Shown: positions 19,101-31,100 of the stretch, one piece after another
How the letters are laid out: each line of letters begins with the position of its first letter
Numbering within the stretch: the first letter of the stretch is position 1
Origin: an uncultured Myxococcales bacterium
Lineage (GTDB): Bacteria > Myxococcota_A > UBA9042 > GCA-2863065
NCBI GenBank assembly: GCA_964545715.1
Contig: CAZJHX010000029.1
Location: forward strand, 6,215-70,214
Length of the DNA stretch: 64,000 nt
Direction of reading: 5' to 3'
Position numbers and translations under genes: made by a program
The notes under the pieces: model-generated
Databases searched by the model: none
What the model was told of the DNA's origin: nothing
Seen by the model: only the letters and a program-made list of their open reading frames with translations

Positions 19101-22100
19101 CTGCGACGACGCGGATGAGCAGGTACGAGAGGCTGCGGCAAGTGGCCTGGGGTGGCTCGACACCCCGCCAATCAAGCGCCTGGGCGCCATGCTGACCGGC
19201 GACACGTCGGCAACCGTGCGCGCGGCCGCATCCGAGGCCCTGGCGCGCAGCGGAAAGCCGGCGGTGCCGCTGCTGATCAGCGCCCTGACCGACGAGGACG
19301 AGACCGTGCGCGCCTCCGCGGCCGCGGCCCTGGGCCAGGCGTCGGCCGGCAAAGCCGACAAGCCGGTGGTCAACGGACTGATCGGCGCGCTGGGCGATCG
19401 CTACTCCGAGGTCCGCGAAGCCGCTTTGGCCGCCCTGGCCGCGACCGGGTGGACACCCGAGGGTGTGCTCGCGCAAGCGCTCGTGGCGCTGGCCCGCGAG
19501 GACTGGACGCAGCTTGGACGCCTGGGCGCGGAGTCGGTGCCGCTGCTGGGCCGCGTTCTCAATGAGCGCGGCAAGGACGGCCCAAGCGTCGATCGGCGGG
19601 TCGGCGCGCTGGCGGCCCTCTCTGAGATCGGCACCGCGGACGCGATCGCAGCAGTGCAGAGCGCGCTGGACGACGTCGCCGGCCCCGTGGTGGGCGAGGC
19701 GGCACGCGCGATCGGACGACACGCGCAACACGCCTCGGCGGATGCGCTTCCGCGGCTTCGGTCGCTGCTGGCGGACGACCCGCGGTCCAAAGTGCGCGTG
19801 CAGGCGGCCACCGCGCTGGGCATGATGGGCGACCGGGAGGCCGTGAACCTGCTGCATGCGGCAGCCAAGGGCGATGCGGCCGACACCGTGCGCCTTGCGG
19901 CCGCAACCGCGCTGGCGAACCCGGCCATTCAGGTGATCGACTTCCTGATCGGACGCCTGACCGACCCCGATCCGGCCATTCGCGCCGCGGCGGCCGAGGC
20001 GTTGGGCAAGAGCGAGAGCGAGGAGGCGATCGACCCGCTGGTCGGCGCGCTCGGCGATGCGGTGTCGCTCGTCCGCACGACAGCGGCGGCCGGCCTCGAG
20101 ACGCTGGGCTGGATCCCGATCGGCGTTCGCGGCGACGTGGCCGAGACCGGCTACTCGCGCTGGCTGACCCGGGCGGAGCTCTCGGAGCGACACCCCAAGC
20201 TGGCGGACCAGCTGTCGATGCTGCGCGCCGAGCTGAGCGCGGCCGACGCGACAATGCGGCGCTGCTCGCTCGAGGCGATCGCGCGCGGCCGGGACGAGGG
20301 CTCACTATCCGGCGTAACGCCGCTGCTGGATGACGTCGATGTGCACGTCCGGCGGGAGGCGGCACAGACACTCGAGGTGCTGGACGCGCTGCCGAGCACA
20401 GGCACGCTGGGCGCGCTGGCGCTGACCGCGCTGGGTCGCATGGACGATGCGGCAGGGCTGGACGCCTCCGCGCTGCGGGGTTTGAGCCGGGCGATCGTTG
20501 AGCACACGTTGTCCGAACGCGAGGCGGCCGCCCGAGCGCTGGCGACGCTGTCGGTCGACGGTGTGGTCGCGGGGCTGATCCCGGGGACGAGCGACGCGGC
20601 CCCGTCCATGCGCGCCACGGCGGCCCGGGCCCTGGGCGACGTGATCGCACGCGGCAAAGCCGACGACGACGGCATCACCGCGTTGGTTTCGACGCTGGCG
20701 GACCGCGAGTCCGCGGTACGGCGGGAGGCGGCTCGGGCGCTGGCCCGCTGCCACGACGCCGGCGTCAACGCGCTGGCGGGTGCTTGCAAAGCGGAGGCGG
20801 CCATCGTCCGCGCCGCGGCCGCGGGTGGGCTGGGCGAGGCCGGCGACGAGGCGCATGCCGGCGCGTTGATCGCGCTTCTGATCGGCTCGGAGGAGCCCGA
20901 TGAGAGCGTTCGTCTGGCGGCCGCGCGAGCCTTGGGCCGGCTGTCGGCAGCAGTGGCGGACGCCCTGATCGAGGGCCTGGCGTCCGACACCGACGAGGGC
21001 GTGCGCGCCACCTGCGCCACCTCGTTGGCCGAGATCGGCGCCGCGGACCCCGCGATCAACCCGCTGATCGCGGCGCTCGGCGACCGCTACTCCGAGGTTC
21101 GCGAGGCGGCGATCGAGGCGCTGGAGATCCTCGGCTGGACGCCCGAGGATGCGGTCAGTGAGGCGCTGGTGGCGCTGGCGGCCGAAGACTGGTTTGCGCT
21201 CGGCGCGTTAGGTGAGGTCGCGGTGCCGATGCTGGCGCGCGTCGTCGCTGAGGCCGGCGCGGACCGGCCCAGCGTGGATCGCCGCGCCGGGGCCGTTGTG
21301 GCGCTGGACGAGATCGGCGGCACCGGGGCGGTCGCCGCCATCGAGCGTGGTCTGGGCGACGTCTCCGGATTGGTACTGCTGCTGGCGGCGCGGGCGATCG
21401 GGCGCCACACCGACCTGGCCAGCGCGGCCGTTCGACCGCGACTGCGCACATTGTTGGCGGACGATCCGCGACCAGAGGTCCGGGTTGAGGCGGCCATCGC
21501 GCTCGGCATGTTGGGCGACGAGGACGCGATCAACCTGCTGCATGACAAGGCGGTGGCGGACGACAACGCTCAGGTCCGGCTGGCTGCGGCCACCGCGCTG
21601 GCCAACCCGGCGATCAACAACATCGACTTCCTGATCGAGCAGCTCGCGTCGCCCAGCGCAGAGACCCGGGCAGCGGCGGCGGAGGCCCTGGGCGACAGCG
21701 AGAACACGAACGCGATCGACCCGCTGATCGGCGCCCAGGGCGACACGTCGTCACTTGTCCGGCTGCGCGCTGAGGCCGCCCTGCGCAACCTGGGGTGGAC
21801 CCCGGTTGGCGAGCGCGCAACCCCGGCCGACATCGGCTACTCGCGCTGGCTGACCCGCTCTGAGTTGATCGGGCGCCACGGGCCGGCGCAGTCCCAACTG
21901 GATCTGCTGGTCGAGGAGCTGAAGGGCCCCCTGGCGGCCGGTCGACGCTCGGCGCTGGAGGCGCTGGCTCGCGCGCGCGCCTTGGACGCCGAAGCCAATG
22001 TGCTGCCGCTGCTGGACGATCCCGATCGGTACGTTCGACGAGAGGCCGCGGAGACGCTGACGATTCTGGATGCGCTGCCGCAGGCGCCCGATGAGTTCAT

Positions 22101-25100
22101 CGGCATCTCCGCGCCCGTCGAGGAGAAGCCGGCTCCGGCGAAGGACAAGCCGTCCAAGAAAGCTGAGAAGCCCGAGGTCGAGTCGGAGGCGGCAGAGGCA
22201 GAGGCGGTCCCGGTGGCGGAGCCGGATCCAGGCCCGGACGCGGCGACCCGGGCGGCGCTGGCGATGGTCGCGCTGGGCCGCATGGATGATGCCGGCGCGA
22301 TCGGCGTGCCGTCGGTGGGTCCGCTGGTACGCGCCGTCGCGGAGCACGATGAGTTTGAGCGACAGCTGGCCGCGCAGGCGCTGGGCACGCTGGCGCATCG
22401 TCTGTTGGATGGTGTCGGCAACGATGTCGATACGGCCACGCCGGTCCTGACCGAGATCGCCGCGGGTCTGGCGGTGGGCGTGACCGACGCCGCCGCCGCA
22501 GTGCGCCTGGCCAGCGCTCTGGCTTTGGGCCGCCTCACGCACGCGCAGCACGCGACCGATGCCCTTGTGACCGGCCTCGGGGACGGCGATGCGCTGGTGC
22601 GGCAACAGGCCGCAACGTCGCTGACCCAGCTCGGAGCGTCCGGGGGCGACGCCCTGAACGGCTGCCTGGACAGCGACGCGGCCTGGGTGCGCGAGGCGGC
22701 GCTGGGCGGCCTGCATTTGATAGCAGAGGTCGCCGACGCGGAGGCGGTCGCCCGCCTGCTGCGAGCGGATCCGGTCACCGCTGTGCGCGCAGCCGCAGCG
22801 ACCACGCTGGGCGCCTGCGGAGCGGGCGGCGCAGAGCACCTGACCGCAGCATTGAGCGCCGATCACGACCCCATCGTTCGGGCCACCGCGGCGGTCGCGC
22901 TGGCTGACTGTGTCGCGGACGATACCGGCGCAACGGCAGCGGCGCAGAAGGCGCTGATCGGCGCGCTGGGCGACCGGTTCGGACGAGTCCGTACCGCCGT
23001 ACTCCAGTCACTGCACGCTATCGGCTGGGAGCCGGAGGGCCCGATGGCCGAGGCGCTCGTCGCCCTGGCGCAGCAGGACTGGCAGACCCTGGGTACGTTG
23101 GGCGATGCCGCCATCCCGATGCTGGCGCCGGTAGTCGCCGAGCGGGGCGCGGACATGCCGAGCATGGACCGGCGCATTGGCGCGCTTCGAGCGCTGGCGC
23201 AGATCGGCGGTGGCCAGACCGCGACGGCGCTGGAGCAGGGCTTGAGCGACGAGCAGGCGCTGGTCCGGGTGGCGGCGGCCAAAGCGATCGCCTGGCGCCA
23301 TACACACGCCGCCCCATCCGCGCGTCCAACGCTGCGTGAGCTGCTGGTCTCGGACCCGATCTCGCTGGTTCGGGTCGCGGCGGCGACCGCGCTCGGCGCG
23401 CTGGGCGACAACGACGCCGTGGGCATCCTGCGCGCGGCGGCAGAGGGCGACCGGGATGTCACCGTGCGCTTCGCGGCGGCCGAGGCGCTGGCGTCACCCG
23501 CTATCCGCGAGACGTCTTTCTTGTGCGAGCGATTGGGCGATCCGGAGGCGGCGGCCCGTGCGGCGGCTGCCGAGGCGCTGGGCAAGAGCGACGACCCGAC
23601 AGCGATCGACCCGCTGATCGGCGCCCTCGGGGACGCGGTTGCGGTCGTCCGCGATGCGGCGCAGCGCGCCCTTGAGACGCTGGGCTGGATGCCGCTCGGC
23701 GTTCGCGCGGATGTCGCACACGGCAGCTACTCCCGCTGGGCCCTGCGCGGCGAGCTGGAGCAGCGCACGGGCGTCGGCGACGATCAAAGAAAGGCGCTGG
23801 CGGTGGACATGCGCTCGGACGACGCGGCGATCCGGCGCTGCGCTGTCGAGGCGTTGGGCCGGTGGAAGGACCCCGCGCAGGCCAAGCTGCTGGTGCCGCT
23901 GCTGGACGACTCCAGCCGGTTCGTACGCGCGGAGGCCGCCGTCTCACTGGCGCTGATCAATGCGCTGCCCACTGAGGGCCGCGATGGGGCGCTGGCCTGT
24001 GTCGCCCAGGGCCGGATGAGCGACGCAGCCGCGCTAGGTAGTGTCGCCGGCAAGGCCTTGTCGCGCGCGGTCGTGGAGCACGCCCTCGATGAGCGGGTCG
24101 CAGCGGCCGGCGCGCTGGCCTCGCTGACGGCAAAAGACGGACAGGAGGCGCTGGCTTCAGCCCTGGGAGACGAGGTCGCAGTCGTTCGGTTGACCGCGGC
24201 GGACGCGCTGGGAGCGCTGAAGGCCGGCGTGGACGCGCTGAGCGCCGCGCTGGTAGATCCGGCAGCCAATGTCCGACGAGCTACCGGGGCCGCCCTGGCC
24301 GCCTGCGAAAAGGCCGGACTCAAGGCGCTGATCGCTGCGTGCGGACACGACGATCCCAACGCACGCCAAGCAGCGTGTCACGGTCTGGGCGCCACGACGG
24401 GCGGCGGGCAAGCGCTGGCGTCGGTACTGACGGGCGATACCGTGCCGCGGGTGCGCCTGGCAGCGGCCGTGGCGCTGGGCCGGGCCGTGGATGCCAAGAC
24501 CGGGGCGCCGGCGTTGGTGAGCGCGCTGAACAACGACAGCGCCAGCGCCGTTCGCGAGGCGGCTGCGCGAGCACTGGCGGCCTACGACCAGAAGGCGGCG
24601 CAGGACCCGCTGATCGCGTCGCTCGGCGACCCGTCCACAACGGTCAGGCAGACCGCGCTGGACGCGCTGGCGACACTGGGTTGGACCCCCGAGGACGACC
24701 TGGCCGCCGCCGTAGTTGCGCTCGCGCAGGAGAGCTGGCGCGCGCTGGGTGCGCTGGGCGAGATCGCGGTCCCGATGCTGGCGCGGGTCGTCGAAGAGAC
24801 CGGAACCGACATCGGCGGCGTCGACCGCCGGGTGGGCGCGCTCTCGGCGCTGGCGCGGATTGGGACGCCCGCGGCCGTCGCGGCGGCCGAGGCCGGACTA
24901 AAGGACATCGCGGGTCCGGCGCTGGGAGAGGCCGCCCGAGCGATGGGGCGATGCCGAGACCATGTCAGCACCGACGCGCTGCCGCGATTGCGCGCGCTGC
25001 TGAGCGACCCGCGAACCAACGTGCGGGTGGAAGCGGCCGTCGCGCTGGGGCAAATCGGCGACGCGGACGCCGTCGCGGCGCTCTCGACCTTGTGCGTGGA

Positions 25101-28100
25101 CGATCCCGAGGTGGATGTGCGCTTCGCCGCGTCGACCGCGCTTGCGAGCCCACGCCTGAAGCAGACGGGCTTCCTGGTCGACCAGCTGTCGTCGGCGGAC
25201 GACGCGGTGCGGGCAGCCGCGTGCCACGCGCTCGGGGCCAGCGAAGATCCCGAGGTGATCGACCCGCTGATCGGCGCGCTGGGCGACGCGGTCGCCGGCG
25301 TACGCGCCGCAGCAACACGCGCGGTCGAGCAGCTGGGATGGACGCCCATCGGCGTGCGACCGACGCCGGAGCACGTCGGGTACTCCCGCTGGCTGCTGCG
25401 GTCGGAGCTGCGGAGCAAGCACGGCGACAAGCCCCAGGTGGAGTTGCTGGCGCTGGAGCTGAACGACCCGGATCCCGCCGCAAGGCGGTCGGCCCTGGAG
25501 GCGCTCGGGCGGGCGGGAGCGCACGAAACAGAGGCGCTGATCCTGGCGCTGCTGGACGATCCGAACCGGTACGTGCGCACCCAGGCAGCGCATGCGCTGG
25601 CCAGCCTGGACCGCGCGCCGGCCGTCCCTGCCGACTTCCTCGGGGTGGCGCCGGCGGCCGATGAGCCGGACAAGAAGAAGAAGAAGAAGAAGAAGAAGGG
25701 CAAGAAGGACGAGCCACCGCCCGAGGTGGCGGGACCGCCGCAGGCAGCCATCGACGCCGCGCTGAGCCTTGTCGCGACAGGCCGAATGAGCGAAGCCGCG
25801 CGCCTGGGGATCGTGGCGATCGGGCCGCTGGCCAGAGCGCTGGCGGAGCACACGAGCGACCAGCGCCTGAATGCGGCCGTCGCGCTGGGTGAGCTGGCGC
25901 TGCGGATCCGGACAGACGCGGGAGCGGACGGGGCGGAGGCAGCCGCGCCGGTCCTGTCAGAGATCGCAACTGGACTGCAGGCTGGGCTCGCAGACGACCA
26001 GCTTGAGGTGCGGGTCGCCACCGCCGCGGCGCTCGGCCAGGCAGGCCCGACGCCGGCCGCCACAAAGGCGCTGACCGGCGGATTGGCCGACGGCGAGCAG
26101 GCGGTGCGAGCGGAGAGCGCGCGTGCCCTGGCCGGCCTCGGCGGCGCAGGCGCCGAGGCGCTCACCGCATGCCTGGATGATGCGAACGCCCGTGTACGTG
26201 AGGCGGCGGTCCACGGGCTGGATGCTCAGGGCGGCGAGCTGGACGGCGCTCGGCTCACACAGCTGCTGGCGTCGGACGACAGCGCGCTGGTCCGGGTGGC
26301 TGCAGCCCAGGCGTTGGCGGGCCTACCGTCCGCGGCCGAGCCGCTGATCACGGCGCTGGCCGGGGATCCCCATGAGCTGGTGCGTGCTGCCGCCGCCACA
26401 TCGCTTGCCGCGCACAAAGCGGGAGACGCCGGACAAAACGCGCTGCTGGGCGCCCTGGCCGACCGCTATTCTGAGGTCCGAGAGGCCGCCCTGGGCGGGT
26501 TGGAGGCGACCGGCTGGCGCGCCGAGGGTCCGATCGCCGAGGCGATGGTGGCGCTGGCCGCTGAGAGCTGGCGCGCGCTGGCGAGCCTGGGAGAGACGGC
26601 GCTGCCGATGCTGGCGCAGGTCGTGGGGGAGCGCGGAGCAGAGGCTCCCGATGTCGAGCGCCGCATCGGGGCGCTGCGCGCGCTGGCGGAGATCGACGGC
26701 GGCGCGGCGATGGCGATCGTCGAGCGCGGCCTGTCGGATGAGCACGCCCGAGGCCGAGCGGCGGCGGCCAAGGGCATTGCGTGGCGTCATGCGGCCACGC
26801 CGGCGTCGGCATGTGGCGTGCTTCGGGAGCTGCTCTCCTCCGACTCCAACGCGGGTGTGCGGATCGCCGCGGCGACCGCGCTGGGCGCCCTGGGCGACAA
26901 AGAGGCTGTCGGGCTGCTGAGAACAGCCGCGGAGCACGATCGCGACCCGACGGTCCGCTTCGCTGCGGCCGAGGCGCTGGCATCACCCGCTATCAAAGAG
27001 ACGTCCTTCCTCATCGGCAGACTCAGCGACGCCGACGGCGCCGTCCGTGCAGCGGCGGCCGAGGCGCTGGGCAAGTCGGATGACGTCGAGGCGATCGACC
27101 CGCTGATCGGCGCGCTGGGCGACGCGGTCGCGATCGTGCGCGACGCGGCGCAGCGGTCGCTACAACAGCTTGGCTGGGTGCCGTTGGGCGTCTTCGGAGA
27201 CCTGGCGGACACCGGCTTCGCGCGCTGGGCCACGCGCGCCGAGGTCGCGGCGCGGACGGGCGTCACCGGCGACCAGAAGAAGGCGCTGACCGCAGACTTG
27301 AAGGACTCGCAGGCGCTGATCCGGCGTGCCGCTATCCAGGCGATGGGCCGCTGGAAGGACCCTGCGCTTTACGCGGTCGTTCTACCGCTGCTGGACGACG
27401 CGGATCATCACGTCCGAGCGGAGGCCGCGGAGGCGCTCCCGCTGTTGGGCGAGCCGCCGGAGAGCGGACGGGACGGCGCGCTGCGGCTGGTGGCGCTGGG
27501 ACGCATGGCAGAGGCGGCAGCTCTGGGCGACATCTCAGCGCCGGGTCTGGCGCGCGCGCTGCAGGAGAACCTGGAGCCCGAGCGGGCGGCCGCCGCGGAG
27601 GCATTGGGTGGCCTCTCGGCCAAGACGTCGACGGCCCCCCTGAGCGCTGCGCTGGCCGACGCGTCGTCGGCCGTTCGGCTGGCGGCGGCCCAGGCGCTGG
27701 GACAGTTGAAGACGGGAGTCGACGCCCTGGCCGGTGCGCTGGGTGACACCGGCGCCGACGTCCGGACAGCCGCTGCTCTGGCCCTTGCACAGTGCGGCAA
27801 GGACGGCGCACAGGCGCTGGCGAAGGGGTGTGCCGCGACGGACGCCGCGCTCAGAGCAGCCGCATGCGTCGGGTTGGGCGCTACCGCGGACGCGAAGCAC
27901 GCCGGCACGCTGGCGACCCGGCTCGGCGACGATACCGACAAGGCGGTTCGAGAGGCTGCCGCCAACGCGCTGGCCGCGTGCGTCGACGCCAAGACCGGCG
28001 CCGCCGCGCTTGCGAAGGCGTTGGATGCAGATGAGAGCGCCACCGTACGCAATGCGGCCGCGCGAGCGCTGGGCGCGTACCCGGCCAAGGCGGCGCAGGA

Positions 28101-31100
28101 GCCCCTGATCGCCGCGCTCAGCGACGGGTCACGGGGCGTGCGTCAGACCGTATTGGCCGCGCTGTCCGGGCTTGGCTGGGCGCCCGAGTCGGACGTGGCG
28201 GCGGCCGTCGTGGCGTTGGCGCGCGAAGACTGGCCGGCGCTGGGGCGCCTGGGCGACGCGGCGACGCCAATCCTGGCGCGCGTCGTGCGCGAGACCGGCA
28301 CGGACATCGGCAGCGTGGATCGCCGTGTGGGCGCGATCCAGGCGCTGGCCGCGGTGGGCGACAAAGCGGCCGCCGCGGCGGTCGAGCCGGGGTTGAGCGA
28401 CATCGCGGGGCCGGTGCTGGCAGCGGCGTCACGGGCTACCGGACGCTGTGCCGCGCATGCACCCAAATCGGCGCGTCCGACGCTGCGAGCGCTGCTGGAG
28501 GACGCACGCGAGGCGGTCCGGGTAGAGGCGGCGGTCGCGCTGGGCCAGCTGGGCGACGTCGACGCGGTGCCCGCGCTGTCCGAGCTGGCGCTGAACGACG
28601 AGAACGACCAGGTGCGACTGGCCGCGTCGACCGCGCTGGCCAGCAAGACGCTGAAGCAGACGGGCTTCCTGGTGGGGCAGCTGGCGTCAGCTGACGAAGA
28701 CGGCCGGGCAGCCGCGTGTCATGTGCTGGGCGACAGCGAGGACCCGGAGGTCATCGATCCGCTGATCGGGGCGCTGGGCGACGCGGTGGCACGAGTGCGC
28801 GCCGCCGCGACAAGTGCGCTGGAGAAGCTGGGTTGGACGCCGATCGGCGTTCGCGCCGACGTAGAAGACGCCGGGTACTCGCGCTGGCTGCTGCGGGCGG
28901 AGCTGCAGACGCTGCACGGCAAGGGCAAGCCACAGATCGACCTGCTGCGGCCACAGTTGAAGGCGCCGGACGCGCCGGCGAGGCGCTGCGCCATCGAGAC
29001 GATCGCGCGCGCTGCGATGGCAGCGGCAGCGCCCGACGTGACAGTGCTCCTGGACGACGCCCATTGGGCGGTACGGCGCGAGGCGGCGCAGGCCCTGATC
29101 GCCCTGGGAGCGCTGCCGGACGCGGCGCCGCACTTCTTCCTGGCCGATGCGCCGCCGGCGGCAGAGACAAAGCCCAAGAAGAAGGGCAAGAAGGGCACGA
29201 AGTCCGAGAAGCCGGCGGCGGACCCGGCGATCGACGCGATCACGCGGGACACCGTCCTGGCCCTGGTGGCGCTGAACCGCATGGACGAGGCGGCCGGTTA
29301 CGGCGTGGCGGCGATCGATGCCTTGACCCGCGCCGTTCGAGAGCCGCCCGCCGAAGAGCGCGAGAGCGCTGCGGTCGCATTGGGCGGCCTGGGTGCGAGG
29401 GCGCGGCGCGAGGCGCCCGAGGCGAGTGCACAGGTACTGTCGCGCGTGTCAGCAGGGCTGGCGCACAGCGCAGCCGACCGCGTCGTAGACGTGCGATTGG
29501 CCAGCGTCGGCGCGCTGGCCGCGCTGGGCGACGCGGCGGGTGTCGCGGACACCCTGACGCGCACGGTGGCGGATCTCGATCCCGCCGTCCGCGCACAGAG
29601 CGCCACAGCCCTGGCCGCGATGGGGGACAGCGGCGCCACCGCCCTTGGCGGCTGCCTGGCCGACGAGCGAGCGGTCGTCCGGGCTGCGGCTGTGCGCGGA
29701 CTGGGCGCCCTGCCCGCCGAGAGTATCGACGCGGCTGCGGTAGCCGCCGTGCTCAATGCCGACGTCAGCCCGACCGTACGCGCGGCCGCCGCAGCCACGC
29801 TCGGGGGCGTGGGCGCCTCACAGCTACAGGCCTTGTACAGCGCGCTTCAGCAGGATGCGGACGAGGCCGTCCGGGCGGCTGCTGCCGACGCCGTGGGCGC
29901 GGCTGCGGGAGCCGATCCGGGCGCGGTCGGAGAGGCGCAGCGGGCGCTGATCGCGGCGCTGGGCGACCGATACGCCGCGGTCCGAGAGGCGGCGCTCACT
30001 GCGCTGCATGCGATTGGCTGGCGCGCAGAGGGCCCCCTGGCGGAGGCGCTCGTGGCGCTGGCGCAGCAAGACTGGAAGGGCCTGGCCGCGATCGGCGCCC
30101 CGGCGATCCCGCTCCTGGCTCAGGTCGCCGCAGAGCGTGGAGCAGACGCGCCCAGCGTCCAGCGCCGGATCGGCGCATTGGAGGCCTTGGCGGCCGTCGG
30201 TGGGCCGGACACAGCGCCGGCGCTGGAGCGCTGCCTCGCAGACGAGCATGCGCTCGTGCGGGCAGCCGCGGCGCGGGGGATCGCGTACCGTCACGCCGAT
30301 GCGGCCGAGTCCGTCCGCCCGGTACTGCGCACGCTGCTCGTAGAAGATCCGCTGGCCACCGTGCGGGTCGGCGCCGCGATCGCGCTGGGTGCGCTGGGCG
30401 ATAAGGACGCGGTGGGGCTCCTGCGGACGGCTGCAGCCGATGATCCCGAGCCCACCGTGCGATTCGCGGCCGCGGAAGCGCTGGCGTCGCCGGCGATCAA
30501 GGAGACCAGCTTCCTGATCGAGCGGCTGACGGACGCGCAGGCGGAGACGCGGATGGCCGCCGCCGACGCGCTCGGCCGCAGCGACGACACGCGGGCGATC
30601 GACCCGCTGATCGCGGCGATGGGCGACGCGGACGCGGGTGTGCGCGACGCCGCCACTCGTGCCCTGGAGCAGCTGGGCTGGATGCCGCTTGGCGTACGCG
30701 GCGCGGTCGGCGACGTGGGTTACTCGCGCTGGGCCACGCGCGGAGAGACCGAGACGCGCACGGGCACGACGGACCAGAAGGCGGCGCTGACGAAGGACCT
30801 GAGCGATCCGTCCGCAGGCGTGCGGCGCTGCGCCGTGGAGGCCCTCGGGCGGTGGAAGGACGAGGCCCTGTTCGCGACGGTGCTTCCGATGCTGCACGAC
30901 GCGGACCGGCACGTCCGGACGGAGGCGGCCATCGCGCTGGCGCTGCTCGGCCAGGCCCCGACCGACGGGCGAGACGGCGCGCTTACGGCCGTCGCGTTGG
31001 GCCGCATGAGCGAGGCGGCGGCGCTGGGCGATGCGGCCGGACCGGCGCTGTCGCGTGCCGCGCTGGAGCACGATGACGACGAGCGGGTCGATGCGGTGAC

